Origin: an uncultured Gammaproteobacteria bacterium
GTDB taxonomy: Bacteria > Patescibacteriota > Microgenomatia > Daviesbacterales > UBA10151
Direction of reading: 5' to 3'
Length of the DNA stretch: 64,000 nucleotides
NCBI GenBank assembly: GCA_964390595.1
Contig: CAYMIA010000005.1
Span: 3,586-67,585 of the forward strand
In this document: piece by piece, positions 48,501 through 58,746 of the stretch
Layout of the letters: every line of letters starts with the position of its first letter
Position numbering within the stretch: position 1 is the stretch's first letter
Made by a program: the position numbers and the translations under genes
Notes under the pieces: model-generated
What the model was told of the DNA's origin: nothing
The model's database searches: none
The model's input: only the letters and a program-made list of their open reading frames with translations

Positions 48501-48982
48501 AAGTTTGGGCGCTCGAGGCTTATGGTGCAGCGCATATTTTGCAGGAGATGTTGACTATTAAATCTGATGATGTGGTTGGACGGGCTAAAGCGTTTGAGGC
48601 GATCGTTAAAGGGACTGAGATTCCACAGGCTTTGATTCCAGAATCATTTAAAGTGCTTGGCAAAGAGTTGCAAAGCTTGGGGATTGCGGTGCGGACTTTG
48701 GGTGCAAAAATAGTGACTGCTCCAGTTGATGATACAGCATTGGGTGGACCAGCTCAGATTCCAGCTCCAACTAGTGATGATGACGATACTCCAACAGCTG
48801 AAGAAGCGGCATTTGAAGAAACTCAGCAAGAAGTAGCTGATGCGAGTGAGGCGCTTGAGGTTAGTCAAGAGCTAGCTGCTGAGGATTTGGGTGGAGTAGA
48901 GATAATGGATACTCTCGCTGAAGCTGAGGTAGAAGAACCACCTGAAGATGAACTCAAAAAGATTGAACAAGGAGAGGAGTAA
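45509..48982 (+). CDS. rpoB: RNA polymerase beta subunit
   Basis: SSQLSQ, GDKLAGRHGNKG, GQRLGEME; acidic C-terminal tail. Confidence 0.99.
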   Translation: MSGAVGATNIFNNRVYWGNNKSLPRDLDLIELQKQSYNAFLTEGIGEAIKEITPVLDFTGKNWQLEFGEYSFGNSRLTPEQCQLKGVSYDAPLRVKVTLTNLQTSEQYSQEAFLGDIPMMTEKGTFIVNGIERVIINQIVRAPGAFFSASDDPITGRRLYGGELRPAHGSWLEFSISRSDVLMVKIDRKRKFAATTLLRAIGMNEEEIKQVFADVDNNPDHSYVDSTLAKDLTKETNEALLEIFRKMRPGDPVVLDTAKSLLENMFFNSRRYNLTRVGRFKINKKLNLDIPNTPENWVLTKQDIIATLRYLINLANGAGGKIDEIDHLANRRVRSVGELVSQNAFRIGLLRLERVIKERMSLLSLDQEITAAGLVNARPVIAAINEFFRSSQLSQILDQINPLAEVDHLRRLSVMGTGGIARDRASFSIRDIHHSQYGRIDPVRSPEGQNIGLVTYLALFARVNEYGFLETPYRKIVHDGNKPRVTDDIIYLSADDEENMHITEATIAIDEKGYITQARVPVRFGGSFFETEAKEVDLIDVTPQQIVGTSASLIPFLAHDDANRALMGSHMQCQAVPLLLPTSPLVGTGMEELVANNIARIVRAPFDGTIGYVDGDKVILEGKEGKQEFKVTKFANSPMSTCYSQKPMVAKGQKIKTGDLLIEGTSTQNGELALGQNLVIAYMTFEGLGYEDAIVISDRLVHADLLSSIHIEEYSTDVVETKLGPDEVTPDIPNVAEDALRHLDDRGIIRIGAEVGPGDILVGKVQPKGETELTAEERLLRAIFGEKAKEVRDTSLRMPHGERGTVIGVQILSRAEGDDLDAGTLMRIKVKVAQLRKITAGDKLAGRHGNKGVISKIVSEFDMPHLEDGTPVDIIISPVTILSRMNLGQLLEAHLGLAAEKLGYKVAAPVFEKIPESILTDQLAAAGLPLSGKSKLIDGRTGEYFDQEVVVGRAYFLKLIHMVEDKTHARSTGPYSLVTQQPLGGKAQMGGQRLGEMEVWALEAYGAAHILQEMLTIKSDDVVGRAKAFEAIVKGTEIPQALIPESFKVLGKELQSLGIAVRTLGAKIVTAPVDDTALGGPAQIPAPTSDDDDTPTAEEAAFEETQQEVADASEALEVSQELAAEDLGGVEIMDTLAEAEVEEPPEDELKKIEQGEE

Positions 48983-48991
48983 TTAAAAATT

Positions 48992-51900
48992 ATGAACGAT
49001 TTAATTGATTTCGAAGCCTTAGAAGTAGCGATTGCGAGCCCAGAGATGATCCGGGGTTGGAGTTTTGGTGAGGTGACCAAGCCAGAAACGATTAATTACC
49101 GGACTCTCAAGGCTGAAAAAGATGGACTTTTTTCCGAGAATATCTTTGGACCAACTAAAGATTTTGAATGTTACTGTGGAAAATACAAAAGAATCCGTTA
49201 CCGTGGTGTGATCTGCGATAAATGTGGTGTGGAAGTGACTCAATCCAAGGTCCGCCGTGAGAGGATGGGGCATATCTCTTTGGCTGCTCCAGTGGCCCAT
49301 ACCTGGTATGTTAAAGGTGCACCAAGCAAGTTGTCTTTGATTCTCGATTTAACTATGAAGAATCTGGAAGCGGTCATCTACTTTGCATCCTTTCTGGTAA
49401 CTGAAGCTGACGATGAGGGCAAAAAGCAGGCATTTGAAAAGTTGACAAAAGACTTGGAAGAGAAAAAAGAGGCTCATAAAAGGATAGTGGAAGAGGTTGT
49501 TGAGGTCAAGGAAAAAGAGATTCAAAAAGAGCTCGAGGGCTTAAAGAAAAATACTAAAGATAATGACAAATTTGAGATGGCTGCCTCAGATTTGCAGCTT
49601 AAGAGCAGACAAGAGATTGCTAAGATGCGGGAGCAAAATGCCAAAGAGTTGGCTCAAATCGAGGAGATTTATAATGCAGTTTCTGGTTTGGTAAAAAGTG
49701 TGACCGCTTTAAAGCTGTTGTCCGAGGAAGAGTACTATAAGCTAGAAGAGTATGGAGTGGCTGATTTTGTAAAGGTGGGTATGGGCGCGGAAGCGCTGCT
49801 CGAGGTTTTGAAAAAGATTGATTTAGATAAACTAGCCTCATTTTTGAGAGAAGAGGTGGCTAAATCTTCTGGCCAGAGGCATATTAAAGCAACCAAAAGA
49901 CTGCGGTTGGTGGAAGGGATGAGAGGGGCGAAGATCGATCCAGCCTGGATGATAGTTAGCGTTTTGCCTGTTTTGCCTCCTGATTTACGCCCAATGGTGC
50001 AGCTGCCTGGAGGAAGATTTGCAACTTCGGACTTAAATGATTTGTACAGACGGGTGATTAACCGGAATAACCGGTTAAAGAGGTTAATTGATCTGGGGGC
50101 ACCAGAGATTATCTTGAGAAATGAAAAAAGAATGCTGCAAGAAGCAGTTGATTCATTAATTGATTCTTCAGGACGGACTTCCAGACGGGGTGGAGCTGGT
50201 GGACATCAGCTCAGATCTTTATCTGATATGCTTCGGGGTAAACAGGGCCGGTTTAGGCAGAATCTATTGGGAAAAAGAGTCGATTATTCAGGGCGGTCAG
50301 TTATTATCGTTGGTCCGAAACTGAAGCTAAACCAGGTTGGCTTGCCAAAAGAGATGGCTTTGGAGATCTTTAAGCCATTTGTTTTGCGGGAGATGATGAC
50401 CCGGGGGATTGCTTCAAATGTAAAAGGAGCTAAGAATGTGTTGGAGCTTCGTCCGCCTGAGGTTTGGGATATTTTGGAAGAGGTGATTGAGGGACATCCG
50501 ATTTTGATTAACCGGGCACCAACTTTGCACCGGTTAGGTATTCAGGCTTTTTATCCAATTTTGATCGATGGCAACGCGATTCAAATCCATCCATGTATTT
50601 GTGCTGGATTTAATGCAGACTTTGATGGTGATCAGATGGCGATACATGTGCCTCTCAGCAAACGGGCGATTGAAGAGGCGCAAACTTTGATGATGGCTAA
50701 GGAGAACTTGCTTTTGGGTTCCGATGGTTCACCAGTGAACATTCCTAATCGTGAGATGGCTCTGGGAACTTATTATGTGACTTCAATTAATCAAAATATT
50801 GTACCCTTGGATAAAGTTTTAGACAAACAAGAGGCGGTTTTGGCCTACCAAGTGGGTAAATTGAACCTGAGGCAACTGTTTAAGTGCCGGATGGAGAGTG
50901 GTGAAACGCTCGATACAACTGTTGGAAGGTTACTGTTTAATAGCTTCTTGCCTGAGGAGCTAAGGTACGTTAACGAAGCAGTCCGGGGTGGTGGGATTAA
51001 AGAGATTATTATGAAGGCGTTTAAGAGATTTGACCGGGATGCGGTCGCTAAATTGGTTGATGATATTAAACAGTTTGGTTTTTGGGGATCAACTGTATCT
51101 GGGTTGTCACTGGCTATTTCCGATAACAAGATAATCCCGGAGAAGGGTCAAATGATTGCGGATGGTGATAAAGAGATTTCGGAGATTGAAGATAATCTTA
51201 AGAAAGGTTTAATCACCAATGAGGAAAAGCGGGCTTTGGCTCAAGAGGTTTGGACTAGAATTGGTGAGGAGATCGCGAGGAGAACATTTGCCTCTATTGA
51301 GCCGGATAATCCGATTCAGGTGATCATTCAATCTGGGGGAGCCCGGGCGACATCAGAGCAGATCAAGCAGGTTTCGGGAATGAGAGGATTTTCAGTTGAC
51401 GCGACGGGCCGGATTGTGGAGTTGCCAACTAAGTCTAATTACCGTGAAGGCTTGGGAGTGTTTGAATACTTTACATCCTGCCGCGGAGCTAGAAAAGGGG
51501 TGGCCGACCGGGCTATCCGAACGGCTGATGCTGGATATTTGACCAGACGTTTAGTTGATGTCTCACATGATGTAATTATCCGAAGAGAAGATTGCGGGAC
51601 TCAAAATGGCTTGACGCTACCAGTTAGCAAAGAGAATTTTAGCTCTAATATCGCCAGATTCTTGGGTAGAAAACTGTTGCAAAAGATCGTTGATCCCAAA
51701 ACCAAAACGACGATCGCAGGTGTTGGTGAGCACGTTGAAGAAGATCAAATTCAAGCGATCGTTAAGGGTGAGGTAGAAGAGATCACTGTCAGGTCACCGT
51801 TGACTTGTGAGGCTAAATTCGGAATTTGTGCTGCGTGTTATGGACTTGATCTATCAACTAGAAAACCAGTCGCACTTGGAGTGCCAGTTGGAGTAATTGC

Positions 51901-52699
51901 CGCTCAATCCATCGGTGAGCCTGGAACACAGTTGACTATGCGGACTTTCCACACTGGTGGAGTTGTGGGTGTGGATATTACTCAGGGTTTGCCTCGAGTA
52001 GAAGAGCTTTTTGAGGCGAGAACTCCAAAAACAACGGCTTCGATCTCTGAGATCGCTGGTAAAGTGACTATTTCTGAAACACCTGACGGGCGGGTAATTC
52101 GAGTTAGGACAACGACTAAGCCACATGAAGAAAGAGAATATTTGGTACCTATGGCAAGCACCTTGCAAGTTGAAGAGGGTGATTTGATCGCGGCAGGTAC
52201 ACCACTATCCTTGGGTCATTTGGATATAAAAGAGGTTTTGCGAATCAAAGGTCTTAGAGAAGCGCAGCGCTACATCGTTGATGAAGTACGCAAAGTTTAT
52301 GAAAGCCAAGGCCGGCCAATTAATGAAAAGCATTTTGAGGTGATTGTGCGCAAGATGTCTGATAAGGTTCGGGTTGAGAGTCAGGGCGATACAGCGCTGT
52401 TGCCTGGTGAGATTATTGATAGAAATAGATTTGAGGATGAGAATACTAAAATCTTGGCTGAAGGTGGAGATCCATCAACAGCTGGAGTGGTGGTTTTGGG
52501 TATTACTAGAGCATCTTTGCAAACAAGTAGCTTCTTGTCGGCGGCTTCCTTCCAGGAAACCACGACAGTTTTGGCGGACGCGGCTGCCTCTGGGGCAGTT
52601 GATCATTTGATTGGGTTGAAAGAAAATGTTATCATTGGCCGGCTGATTCCAACCAGTCCAGACCGGGTGATCGAGGGCGAACTGCCAGAAGCAGCATAA
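48992..52699 (+). CDS. rpoC: RNA polymerase beta' subunit
   Basis: Zinc finger, [15 protein letters not shown]; coiled-coil lineage insertion. Confidence 0.99.
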   Translation: MNDLIDFEALEVAIASPEMIRGWSFGEVTKPETINYRTLKAEKDGLFSENIFGPTKDFECYCGKYKRIRYRGVICDKCGVEVTQSKVRRERMGHISLAAPVAHTWYVKGAPSKLSLILDLTMKNLEAVIYFASFLVTEADDEGKKQAFEKLTKDLEEKKEAHKRIVEEVVEVKEKEIQKELEGLKKNTKDNDKFEMAASDLQLKSRQEIAKMREQNAKELAQIEEIYNAVSGLVKSVTALKLLSEEEYYKLEEYGVADFVKVGMGAEALLEVLKKIDLDKLASFLREEVAKSSGQRHIKATKRLRLVEGMRGAKIDPAWMIVSVLPVLPPDLRPMVQLPGGRFATSDLNDLYRRVINRNNRLKRLIDLGAPEIILRNEKRMLQEAVDSLIDSSGRTSRRGGAGGHQLRSLSDMLRGKQGRFRQNLLGKRVDYSGRSVIIVGPKLKLNQVGLPKEMALEIFKPFVLREMMTRGIASNVKGAKNVLELRPPEVWDILEEVIEGHPILINRAPTLHRLGIQAFYPILIDGNAIQIHPCICAGFNADFDGDQMAIHVPLSKRAIEEAQTLMMAKENLLLGSDGSPVNIPNREMALGTYYVTSINQNIVPLDKVLDKQEAVLAYQVGKLNLRQLFKCRMESGETLDTTVGRLLFNSFLPEELRYVNEAVRGGGIKEIIMKAFKRFDRDAVAKLVDDIKQFGFWGSTVSGLSLAISDNKIIPEKGQMIADGDKEISEIEDNLKKGLITNEEKRALAQEVWTRIGEEIARRTFASIEPDNPIQVIIQSGGARATSEQIKQVSGMRGFSVDATGRIVELPTKSNYREGLGVFEYFTSCRGARKGVADRAIRTADAGYLTRRLVDVSHDVIIRREDCGTQNGLTLPVSKENFSSNIARFLGRKLLQKIVDPKTKTTIAGVGEHVEEDQIQAIVKGEVEEITVRSPLTCEAKFGICAACYGLDLSTRKPVALGVPVGVIAAQSIGEPGTQLTMRTFHTGGVVGVDITQGLPRVEELFEARTPKTTASISEIAGKVTISETPDGRVIRVRTTTKPHEEREYLVPMASTLQVEEGDLIAAGTPLSLGHLDIKEVLRIKGLREAQRYIVDEVRKVYESQGRPINEKHFEVIVRKMSDKVRVESQGDTALLPGEIIDRNRFEDENTKILAEGGDPSTAGVVVLGITRASLQTSSFLSAASFQETTTVLADAAASGAVDHLIGLKENVIIGRLIPTSPDRVIEGELPEAA

Positions 52700-52702
52700 G
52701 TT

Positions 52703-53143
52703 ATGCCAACAATTAATCAATTAGTTAAAAATGGTCGGGCACGAAGAGTTAAAAAGATCCGGGGAACGGCTCTGCGGAGATCTTACAACGCTAAAGACCG
52801 AGTTTATGATACTAACTTTAACCCACAAAAACGGGGGGTGGTGACTTTGGTCCGGACGATGACACCTAAGAAACCAAATTCAGCTTTGCGGAAGGTAGCT
52901 AGGGTCAGACTGTCTAATAAAACTGAGGTGACAGCTTATATTCAGGGTGAAGGTCATGATTTAGCTGAGCATGGAATTGTGCTAGTACGTGGTGGGAGAG
53001 TGAAAGATTTAGTTGGGGTAAAATATCATTTGATCCGTGGTAAATTGGACTTGGGTGGAGTTAAGAACCGTAAGAAATCCCGGAGTAAGTATGGTACAAA
53101 AAGAGCTTCAGGAGGAGCTAAAGCAGCTGCAGCTGCTGCATAA
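52703..53143 (+). CDS. rpsL: 30S ribosomal protein S12
   Basis: [25 protein letters not shown]. Confidence 0.99.
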   Translation: MPTINQLVKNGRARRVKKIRGTALRRSYNAKDRVYDTNFNPQKRGVVTLVRTMTPKKPNSALRKVARVRLSNKTEVTAYIQGEGHDLAEHGIVLVRGGRVKDLVGVKYHLIRGKLDLGGVKNRKKSRSKYGTKRASGGAKAAAAAA

Positions 53144-53147
53144 ATAA

Positions 53148-53624
53148 ATGAGAGCAGGTAAAGTTAAGAGACGAATTCTGGACCCAGATCCAATTTATAA
53201 TTCTAGGCTCGTGACCAGGTTTATTAACCGGGTGATGCAAGATGGTAAAAAATCAGTGGCTCAAAGGATAGTTTACAAAGCTTTTGAAGAGATTGAAAAG
53301 CAAACTGGCAAAAATCCAGTGACTGTTTTTGATGGAGCGATTGCGAACGCTTCCCCAAAGATGGAGGTTAGACCAAGAAGGGTAGGTGGAGCTTCTTATC
53401 AAGTACCTGTTGAGGTTAGAGGAGATAGAAGAGAGGCCTTGGCGATTAGATGGTTGATTGCTGGAGCGCAAGCTAAATCTAATAAAGAGTTTAAAAGCTT
53501 TTCTAATAAGTTAGCTCAAGAGCTAATTGATGCAGCTAATGGGCAGGGTGTAGCGATTAAGAAAAAAGATGATGTGCTAAGAATGGCAGAAGCAAATAAG
53601 GCTTTTTCGCATTTCCGCTGGTAA
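53148..53624 (+). CDS. rpsG: 30S ribosomal protein S7
   Basis: RRVGGASYQVP, MAEANKAF. Confidence 0.99.
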   Translation: MRAGKVKRRILDPDPIYNSRLVTRFINRVMQDGKKSVAQRIVYKAFEEIEKQTGKNPVTVFDGAIANASPKMEVRPRRVGGASYQVPVEVRGDRREALAIRWLIAGAQAKSNKEFKSFSNKLAQELIDAANGQGVAIKKKDDVLRMAEANKAFSHFRW

Positions 53625-53650
53625 GTTTAAACACCAAGGCCTGGCCTTGC

Positions 53651-53712
53651 GTGCGTGATTGAGCTCTTCGAGTCCGAGTGACCTCAGAGTCGAGGACTTG
53701 CAAGGTCTCACC
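53651..53712. repeat. 62-bp element, copy 1 (preceded by palindrome CAAGGCCTGGCCTTG)
   Basis: Identical to 63693-63754. Confidence 0.92.
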
Positions 53713-53768
53713 CTGTTGAAACTAAATTGAAAACTTGACTGGGGGAGGTTTGCGGGTATAATCATGTT

Positions 53769-54173
53769 ATGGCAGATAGAGAGCCGATTATTCCCAGACT
53801 AGAAGAGCAATTCCCTGATGAGAATTTGGCGAGTGCAGCAGTTAGGGAGATTAAAGATCCAGAGGGGATGTTTCAATTTATAGGGGAGTATGTTTCAAAA
53901 ATGGTTAGGGATGATGATTTTGCCGAAGAGTATGCCTCTGATATTGCCCATGAGAATATTGGGTATTTTTTAGGTTCATATGATGAGGAAACTGCCAGAG
54001 CCTGGTTTGCTGCATTACCAGATCTAAAACATCCATATTTTGATAGAGAAGTAGTTATTGATTTGGATGAGGTTAGGGAAAGAGGTAGGTTGAATGGGAT
54101 TAAGGCAGAGAGGATGAGAAAGTTGGCAGCAAGGGGCTTTCGAATAATTGAGGGAGGTAAGTCAGATTCGTGA
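53769..54173 (+). CDS. Hypothetical protein
   Basis: TTGACT-16-TATAAT-6-ATG. Confidence 0.7.
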   Translation: MADREPIIPRLEEQFPDENLASAAVREIKDPEGMFQFIGEYVSKMVRDDDFAEEYASDIAHENIGYFLGSYDEETARAWFAALPDLKHPYFDREVVIDLDEVRERGRLNGIKAERMRKLAARGFRIIEGGKSDS

Positions 54174-54349
54174 AAGAATATTTATTCAAATGGTTAAAAG
54201 AAGATAAGTTGGCGTTAGAAGCAGGGATAGGATTGACTGCAGTACTTTATAGGTCTTTGCTTTATTCCCGGTTTGGAACTAGAGAGAATTTTAATAGAAC
54301 AGTTTTTGGGTGGAGAAGAGGGTGGAGGATGATGTTTGGCGATGTCTAA
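54170..54349 (+). CDS. Possible 59-aa protein (not in ORF track)
   Basis: GTGA overlap with upstream stop, GGAGG upstream, overlaps FKBP start. Confidence 0.35.
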   Translation: MKEYLFKWLKEDKLALEAGIGLTAVLYRSLLYSRFGTRENFNRTVFGWRRGWRMMFGDV

Positions 54350-54806
54350 AAAGATTACCCTGGCAGTTTTAGCTTTAATTATTCTGGCAGTTTTGGTTTT
54401 TTTGTACACCCGTTTGCCCAATGATGATTCAATGGCTTTAAAAACATCTCCTAAGCCTTCAACAACTTCAGCTTCTTCTTCAGCCCAACTGAAAATCGAA
54501 GATACTAAACAAGGTTCAGGCGTAGCTGTTAAATCTGGAGACACTGTAGTGATGAATTATACTGGAACTTTGGAGGATGGGACTAAATTTGATAGTAGTT
54601 TAGACAGGGGTCAGCCTTTTGAAACCAAAATTGGGACAGGTGAGGTGATTAAGGGTTGGGATCAGGGAATTCCAGGAATGAAGGTTGGTGGGAAGAGGAG
54701 GTTAACTATTCCTCCTGAGCTGGGATATGGAGCTGAGGGTTCGCCACCAAAAATTCCACCCAATTCAACTTTGATCTTTGATGTTGAACTTTTACAGATA
54801 AAGTAA
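54342..54806 (+). CDS. FKBP-type peptidyl-prolyl isomerase, membrane-anchored
   Basis: [32 protein letters not shown]. Confidence 0.95.
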   Translation: MSKKITLAVLALIILAVLVFLYTRLPNDDSMALKTSPKPSTTSASSSAQLKIEDTKQGSGVAVKSGDTVVMNYTGTLEDGTKFDSSLDRGQPFETKIGTGEVIKGWDQGIPGMKVGGKRRLTIPPELGYGAEGSPPKIPPNSTLIFDVELLQIK

Positions 54807-54818
54807 TAACCTTAACGT

Positions 54819-55202
54819 ATGTTTGATGAAAGCAATGAGATTGGTAAAACTCCCGAGTTAGTGGACAGAGAGAAAAAGCTGGGCCGGATTCACAATTTAA
54901 AGGGCAGACTCGAGCAGTTTGTGGCGGGAAAAGGGATTCCTAAAGAGGGTGCGGATTTGGCAGATTTTGAAGTGATAGCAGCTGATTATAAAGACTTGAG
55001 TGGAGTGTCGGAGGATGATGCAAAGACCATCTTGCAAGCGGGTTTGGATTTAAGAGAGGCAGAAAAAAAATATAATGAAGCTCCAGAGGGTGATGGGAAA
55101 GACCGTTTAAGAAGAGATTTGGAAAGGTTGAAAGTAGTGGAGCCAGGTTTGAAAGAAATTGAACGGGGAATGATTGAAGATAAATTAAAACAGGCTGATT
55201 AA
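54819..55202 (+). CDS. Hypothetical charged helical protein
   Basis: 127-aa ORF. Confidence 0.6.
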   Translation: MFDESNEIGKTPELVDREKKLGRIHNLKGRLEQFVAGKGIPKEGADLADFEVIAADYKDLSGVSEDDAKTILQAGLDLREAEKKYNEAPEGDGKDRLRRDLERLKVVEPGLKEIERGMIEDKLKQAD

Positions 55203-55264
55203 CTCTTGCTAGATTATTACTAAATTCTAGGCTTATTCTCAATCTTTTCTACTAATATGGGACT

Positions 55265-55474
55265 ATGGATAGTTCTATGGTGACTACTTTTGATTGGAGG
55301 TGGCTTTTGCCACTGGTGGTATTACCGGTAGTGGTTTTACTGTTTTGGCCAGTAGAGAAAAACCGGGACCGGATTGAATATGATTATGGTAAGGGAGTAA
55401 TTTATCATGATATTAACCCCAAGAAAAAAAAGAAGTTTATCCGCCGGAACCGCCTAAATAGAAAAACGCCTTAA
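55265..55474 (+). CDS. Small membrane protein with basic tail
   Basis: One TM; K/R-rich C-terminus. Confidence 0.5.
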   Translation: MDSSMVTTFDWRWLLPLVVLPVVVLLFWPVEKNRDRIEYDYGKGVIYHDINPKKKKKFIRRNRLNRKTP

Positions 55475-55550
55475 TCTTACCTTTTCCTTACCCAACCTTT
55501 CTTTTTATCTTACTTTGTTTGGTTACGATAATTAAGGAATTATCAAAAAG

Positions 55551-55579
55551 AAGGCGAGAAGACGGACTCGCCTTTTTTT
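55551..55579 (+). terminator. Intrinsic terminator
   Basis: AAGGCGAG-8-CTCGCCTT TTTTT. Confidence 0.75.
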
Positions 55580-55595
55580 ATGCTAGAATTTGGTA

Positions 55596-56330
55596 ATGCC
55601 CTATTTTAGGAGTTCCAACCAGCTTGGGTTTGCGCCACTTTTTATTGTGCTTATTGTAGGTTCAATAGTTTTGGCTGGTGGTTTAATCTTTTATTTTAGC
55701 CGCAGCTCTAGTTCAGCTTTGGTGAGTAAACCTGGCGAGGCAGTCTCCACTCCAATGGAGGTGCCTCATGAACTGCCTTCTATTTCTCCTGGGGCATCAG
55801 TTGGGCCTCTTCCTTCAGGATGTGGCAAAGATTGTCAGGCTTATATTGACCTCCGGTTAGATACAGTTAAAAAAGATCTGCTAAAACAATTATCAGCTAG
55901 CGCCTTACCTTCCTCAACTGCAGTGGTGGGGACCCCTATTCCTCAAGCCTCTGCTGCAGTCTCTGCTCCCAAGGAGTATTACATTAGTTTGGGGGGAGGG
56001 GCTTCCACAACCTCAACTGCTTTTGTGGATATTCAAGGATCAGATTTTAAATTTGATCCAGGAAATTATCCAGGAGCGAGGGCTTTTTATTTTCAAGCCA
56101 TTTTAGTTTCAGATGCGCCTGACAAAGAGACTTTTGCTAGGCTTTATGATATCACTCACAACGTGGGGATTATTAATTCAGATATAAAATACAAAGGACT
56201 CAGCCCATCTTTGACTGAATCTGGGGCTTTGAACTTTTTTGCTGGAGTTCTGACTTTAAGAGTGCAAGTCCATGGGTTGGATATTAATTCAGCTTCAGTT
56301 TTAAATCCAAGAATTAAAGTAGTTTATTAA
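55596..56330 (+). CDS. Surface protein with prepilin-like leader
   Basis: NQLG-FAPLFIVL; TGcTAGAAT 6 nt before ATG 55596. Confidence 0.7.
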   Translation: MPYFRSSNQLGFAPLFIVLIVGSIVLAGGLIFYFSRSSSSALVSKPGEAVSTPMEVPHELPSISPGASVGPLPSGCGKDCQAYIDLRLDTVKKDLLKQLSASALPSSTAVVGTPIPQASAAVSAPKEYYISLGGGASTTSTAFVDIQGSDFKFDPGNYPGARAFYFQAILVSDAPDKETFARLYDITHNVGIINSDIKYKGLSPSLTESGALNFFAGVLTLRVQVHGLDINSASVLNPRIKVVY

Positions 56331-56334
56331 ACTT

Positions 56335-56429
56335 CCAGATAATGTTGGCAAATGTTTTTGGGAGGCTTTATGATGTTGATATCAGTATTGTGACAATTGT
56401 TAATCCAAGGATGAAAAATTTCTTATTAA
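56335..56429 (+). pseudogene. Degraded fragment of a paralog of the upstream gene's 3' end
   Basis: FGRLYD / DI..NPRMK match FARLYD / DI..NPRIK; 12-bp identity AGGCTTTATGAT. Confidence 0.45.
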
Positions 56430-56467
56430 ATTTTGACAATCCTTTTTAATCTAATTATGATTAGCGC

Positions 56468-57742
56468 ATGGTTGACTTTAATGAGATAGAAAGCCAATGG
56501 GCAAGGGAGAATGCTGCTAGGTTGGGCAGGCATTTTGAGCGCTCTCAAGATGCTCTAATGTGGGGTGGTCATGCAGCAGCGATGGGGCGTCAAGAAAATT
56601 TGTTAAGGGAACTTTTAGAAGAACAAAGGAGGTCTAACCCATATTATGTTGATCCTGAAGTAGCGGGACTTAAAGCTACAATAGCTGCAGATAGAGAATA
56701 TATTAGACGACTTCAAGAACAATTAGGGGGTAATTCAGATTTAACTAAACTGAGAGCTGAACTCGCCGCAAAAGAGGTAAGAATTAATGAACTAAGGGTG
56801 AGGATTAGTATTCAGGATTCGGAGATAAAAGATTTAAAGAATCAATTAGCAAAAAAGGGTGAGGAAGGTGAAGTTTTAACTCCGGTTCAAGAGAAAACTT
56901 ATGAAGATGTATTTGCTCAGGAAGATACTGCTCATGAACAATCTTATGAAGATCTTTTTGTCGGTGAAGACGTAACAAGATACGAAACTAGGTCTAGATT
57001 AGGAACTGTTGCGGATGTATCTAAGGTGGGTTCTTTGGCGGATCTATATTTCCATAAAACAGGTTACTACCATTCCAGATTATCAGTTTCCATATCCGGA
57101 GCAATGAAAGATTATTATGATAGTTTAAAGGGCCCAGAATCTTTTTTAGGTTTGCCTGTTAGCAATGAGTATAGAAGACCTGATGGAGTAACTATGATTC
57201 ATTTTGAGGGAGGGGTTATGTTGAATCATGGGGTAGAAGGATATCCAGCCATAGCTGTAGGTGCCCCTGTGGATCGAAAAATTGCGGACATATTTGCTTT
57301 ATGGACGATCTTACATTGGGATGGATTAAGCCAACCCAGAGGTGATTCAAATATTGAGATTTCTAGTTTTTTGACAGAAGCTTTGACACAGCATTTTATT
57401 GGAGATAATTTCGAAGGTGCGATGTACCGTCATTTGACAGGTCCTTACAAAACTTATACATGCGGTCTATCTGGTGACATTTTTAAATATTATAGGGATA
57501 TAATGGGAGGTTCTAAAGGGATTTGGGGATTGCCAATTTCTAATATTGAGAGAGAAGGCAGAAATCTGGTAGTCTATTTTGAGAATGGAATGATGCTTAG
57601 AAATATAGATGGGGAGATTAAGCTGCAAGAATTTAGTGAGCTTAAAAGCATATTGAAAGATCCAACTGAATTTGCTGTGCCATTTGTTTCTTTTCCTGGA
57701 GAGTCTGTTGCTAAGGGAAGCGAGTTGATGATTCTGGATTAG
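56468..57742 (+). CDS. Coiled-coil + LGFP-repeat-like protein
   Basis: GPESFLGLPVSNE..HFEGG and GSKGIWGLPISN..YFENG; no signal peptide seen. Confidence 0.7.
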   Translation: MVDFNEIESQWARENAARLGRHFERSQDALMWGGHAAAMGRQENLLRELLEEQRRSNPYYVDPEVAGLKATIAADREYIRRLQEQLGGNSDLTKLRAELAAKEVRINELRVRISIQDSEIKDLKNQLAKKGEEGEVLTPVQEKTYEDVFAQEDTAHEQSYEDLFVGEDVTRYETRSRLGTVADVSKVGSLADLYFHKTGYYHSRLSVSISGAMKDYYDSLKGPESFLGLPVSNEYRRPDGVTMIHFEGGVMLNHGVEGYPAIAVGAPVDRKIADIFALWTILHWDGLSQPRGDSNIEISSFLTEALTQHFIGDNFEGAMYRHLTGPYKTYTCGLSGDIFKYYRDIMGGSKGIWGLPISNIEREGRNLVVYFENGMMLRNIDGEIKLQEFSELKSILKDPTEFAVPFVSFPGESVAKGSELMILD

Positions 57743-57790
57743 ATGTGGTGTCAAGTGTTTTTGGGAGGTTTTTTTGGTAAAATATGAGAC

Positions 57791-58732
57791 ATGTCAGATG
57801 ATTTTGAAGTGTTGCTTTTTTACAAGTACATTAAGTTAGATGATCCAGAGGCAGTGAGGCTTTGGCAAAAGGGGCTTTGTGAGGCTCTAAACTTAAAGGG
57901 TCGGATTATCATTGCCCCAGAAGGGATTAATGGAACTGTGGAGGGGCTAAAAAAAGAGACTAGGCTGTATATTAGAAAAGTTAAAGAGTTTTTAAAGTTT
58001 AAGGATATCTCTTTTAAGAAAAGCATAGGAAGCGGTCAGGCTTTTTCCAAACTTTCGGTCAAAGTTAGAGAAGAGATTGTAGCAACTCATTTTGAAAAAG
58101 ATGTAGCCAGCCGGATTCAAAAAGTTGGAAAGTATGTCAATGCAGATGAATTGCATAAATGGTTTGAGGAGGAGAAGGAATTTTATATTGTGGATATGCG
58201 CAATGACTATGAACAAGATGGTGGGTATTTTAAAAATTCAATTTTGTCTGGATTTAAACAGTTTTATGATCTGCCAGAGATTTTGCCAAAAATTGAACAT
58301 TTAAAGGATAAGATAATTGTCCCAGTTTGCACTGGCGGAGTAAGATGTGAGCGGGCATCTTTGTTTTTGGAAGAGAATGGATTTAATCAGGTTTATCAAC
58401 TCAAGGATGGAATTCATAGTTATATGCAAAAATACCCCAATGAACATTTTAAGGGGGTTTTGTATGTTTTTGATAATAGATTGATAGTTGGATTTAATTT
58501 AGATAATCCGGAAAGAGCAGTTGTAGGTAGGTGTAAAATGTGTCAGAGGCCATCAGAGAATTATGTTAACTGCGCTTATGATTTTTGTCATTTGCACTAT
58601 ATTTGTTGTCCAAATTGTTTAGACAAAGAAACTGGTTTGCCTTTTGATAAAACAGAGTGCAAGCAGATTTTTCTGCAAACTGGAGGTACCTCCAAGGGTT
58701 TAATCAGAAGGACTGTTGAATATATTGGATAG
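57791..58732 (+). CDS. trhO: Rhodanese-family tRNA U34 hydroxylase (TrhO/YceA)
   Basis: EGINGT, DMRNDYE, CTGGVRCE, YVFDNR, Cys-rich tail. Confidence 0.88.
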   Translation: MSDDFEVLLFYKYIKLDDPEAVRLWQKGLCEALNLKGRIIIAPEGINGTVEGLKKETRLYIRKVKEFLKFKDISFKKSIGSGQAFSKLSVKVREEIVATHFEKDVASRIQKVGKYVNADELHKWFEEEKEFYIVDMRNDYEQDGGYFKNSILSGFKQFYDLPEILPKIEHLKDKIIVPVCTGGVRCERASLFLEENGFNQVYQLKDGIHSYMQKYPNEHFKGVLYVFDNRLIVGFNLDNPERAVVGRCKMCQRPSENYVNCAYDFCHLHYICCPNCLDKETGLPFDKTECKQIFLQTGGTSKGLIRRTVEYIG

Positions 58733-58746
58733 AGTATAATTAAAAG

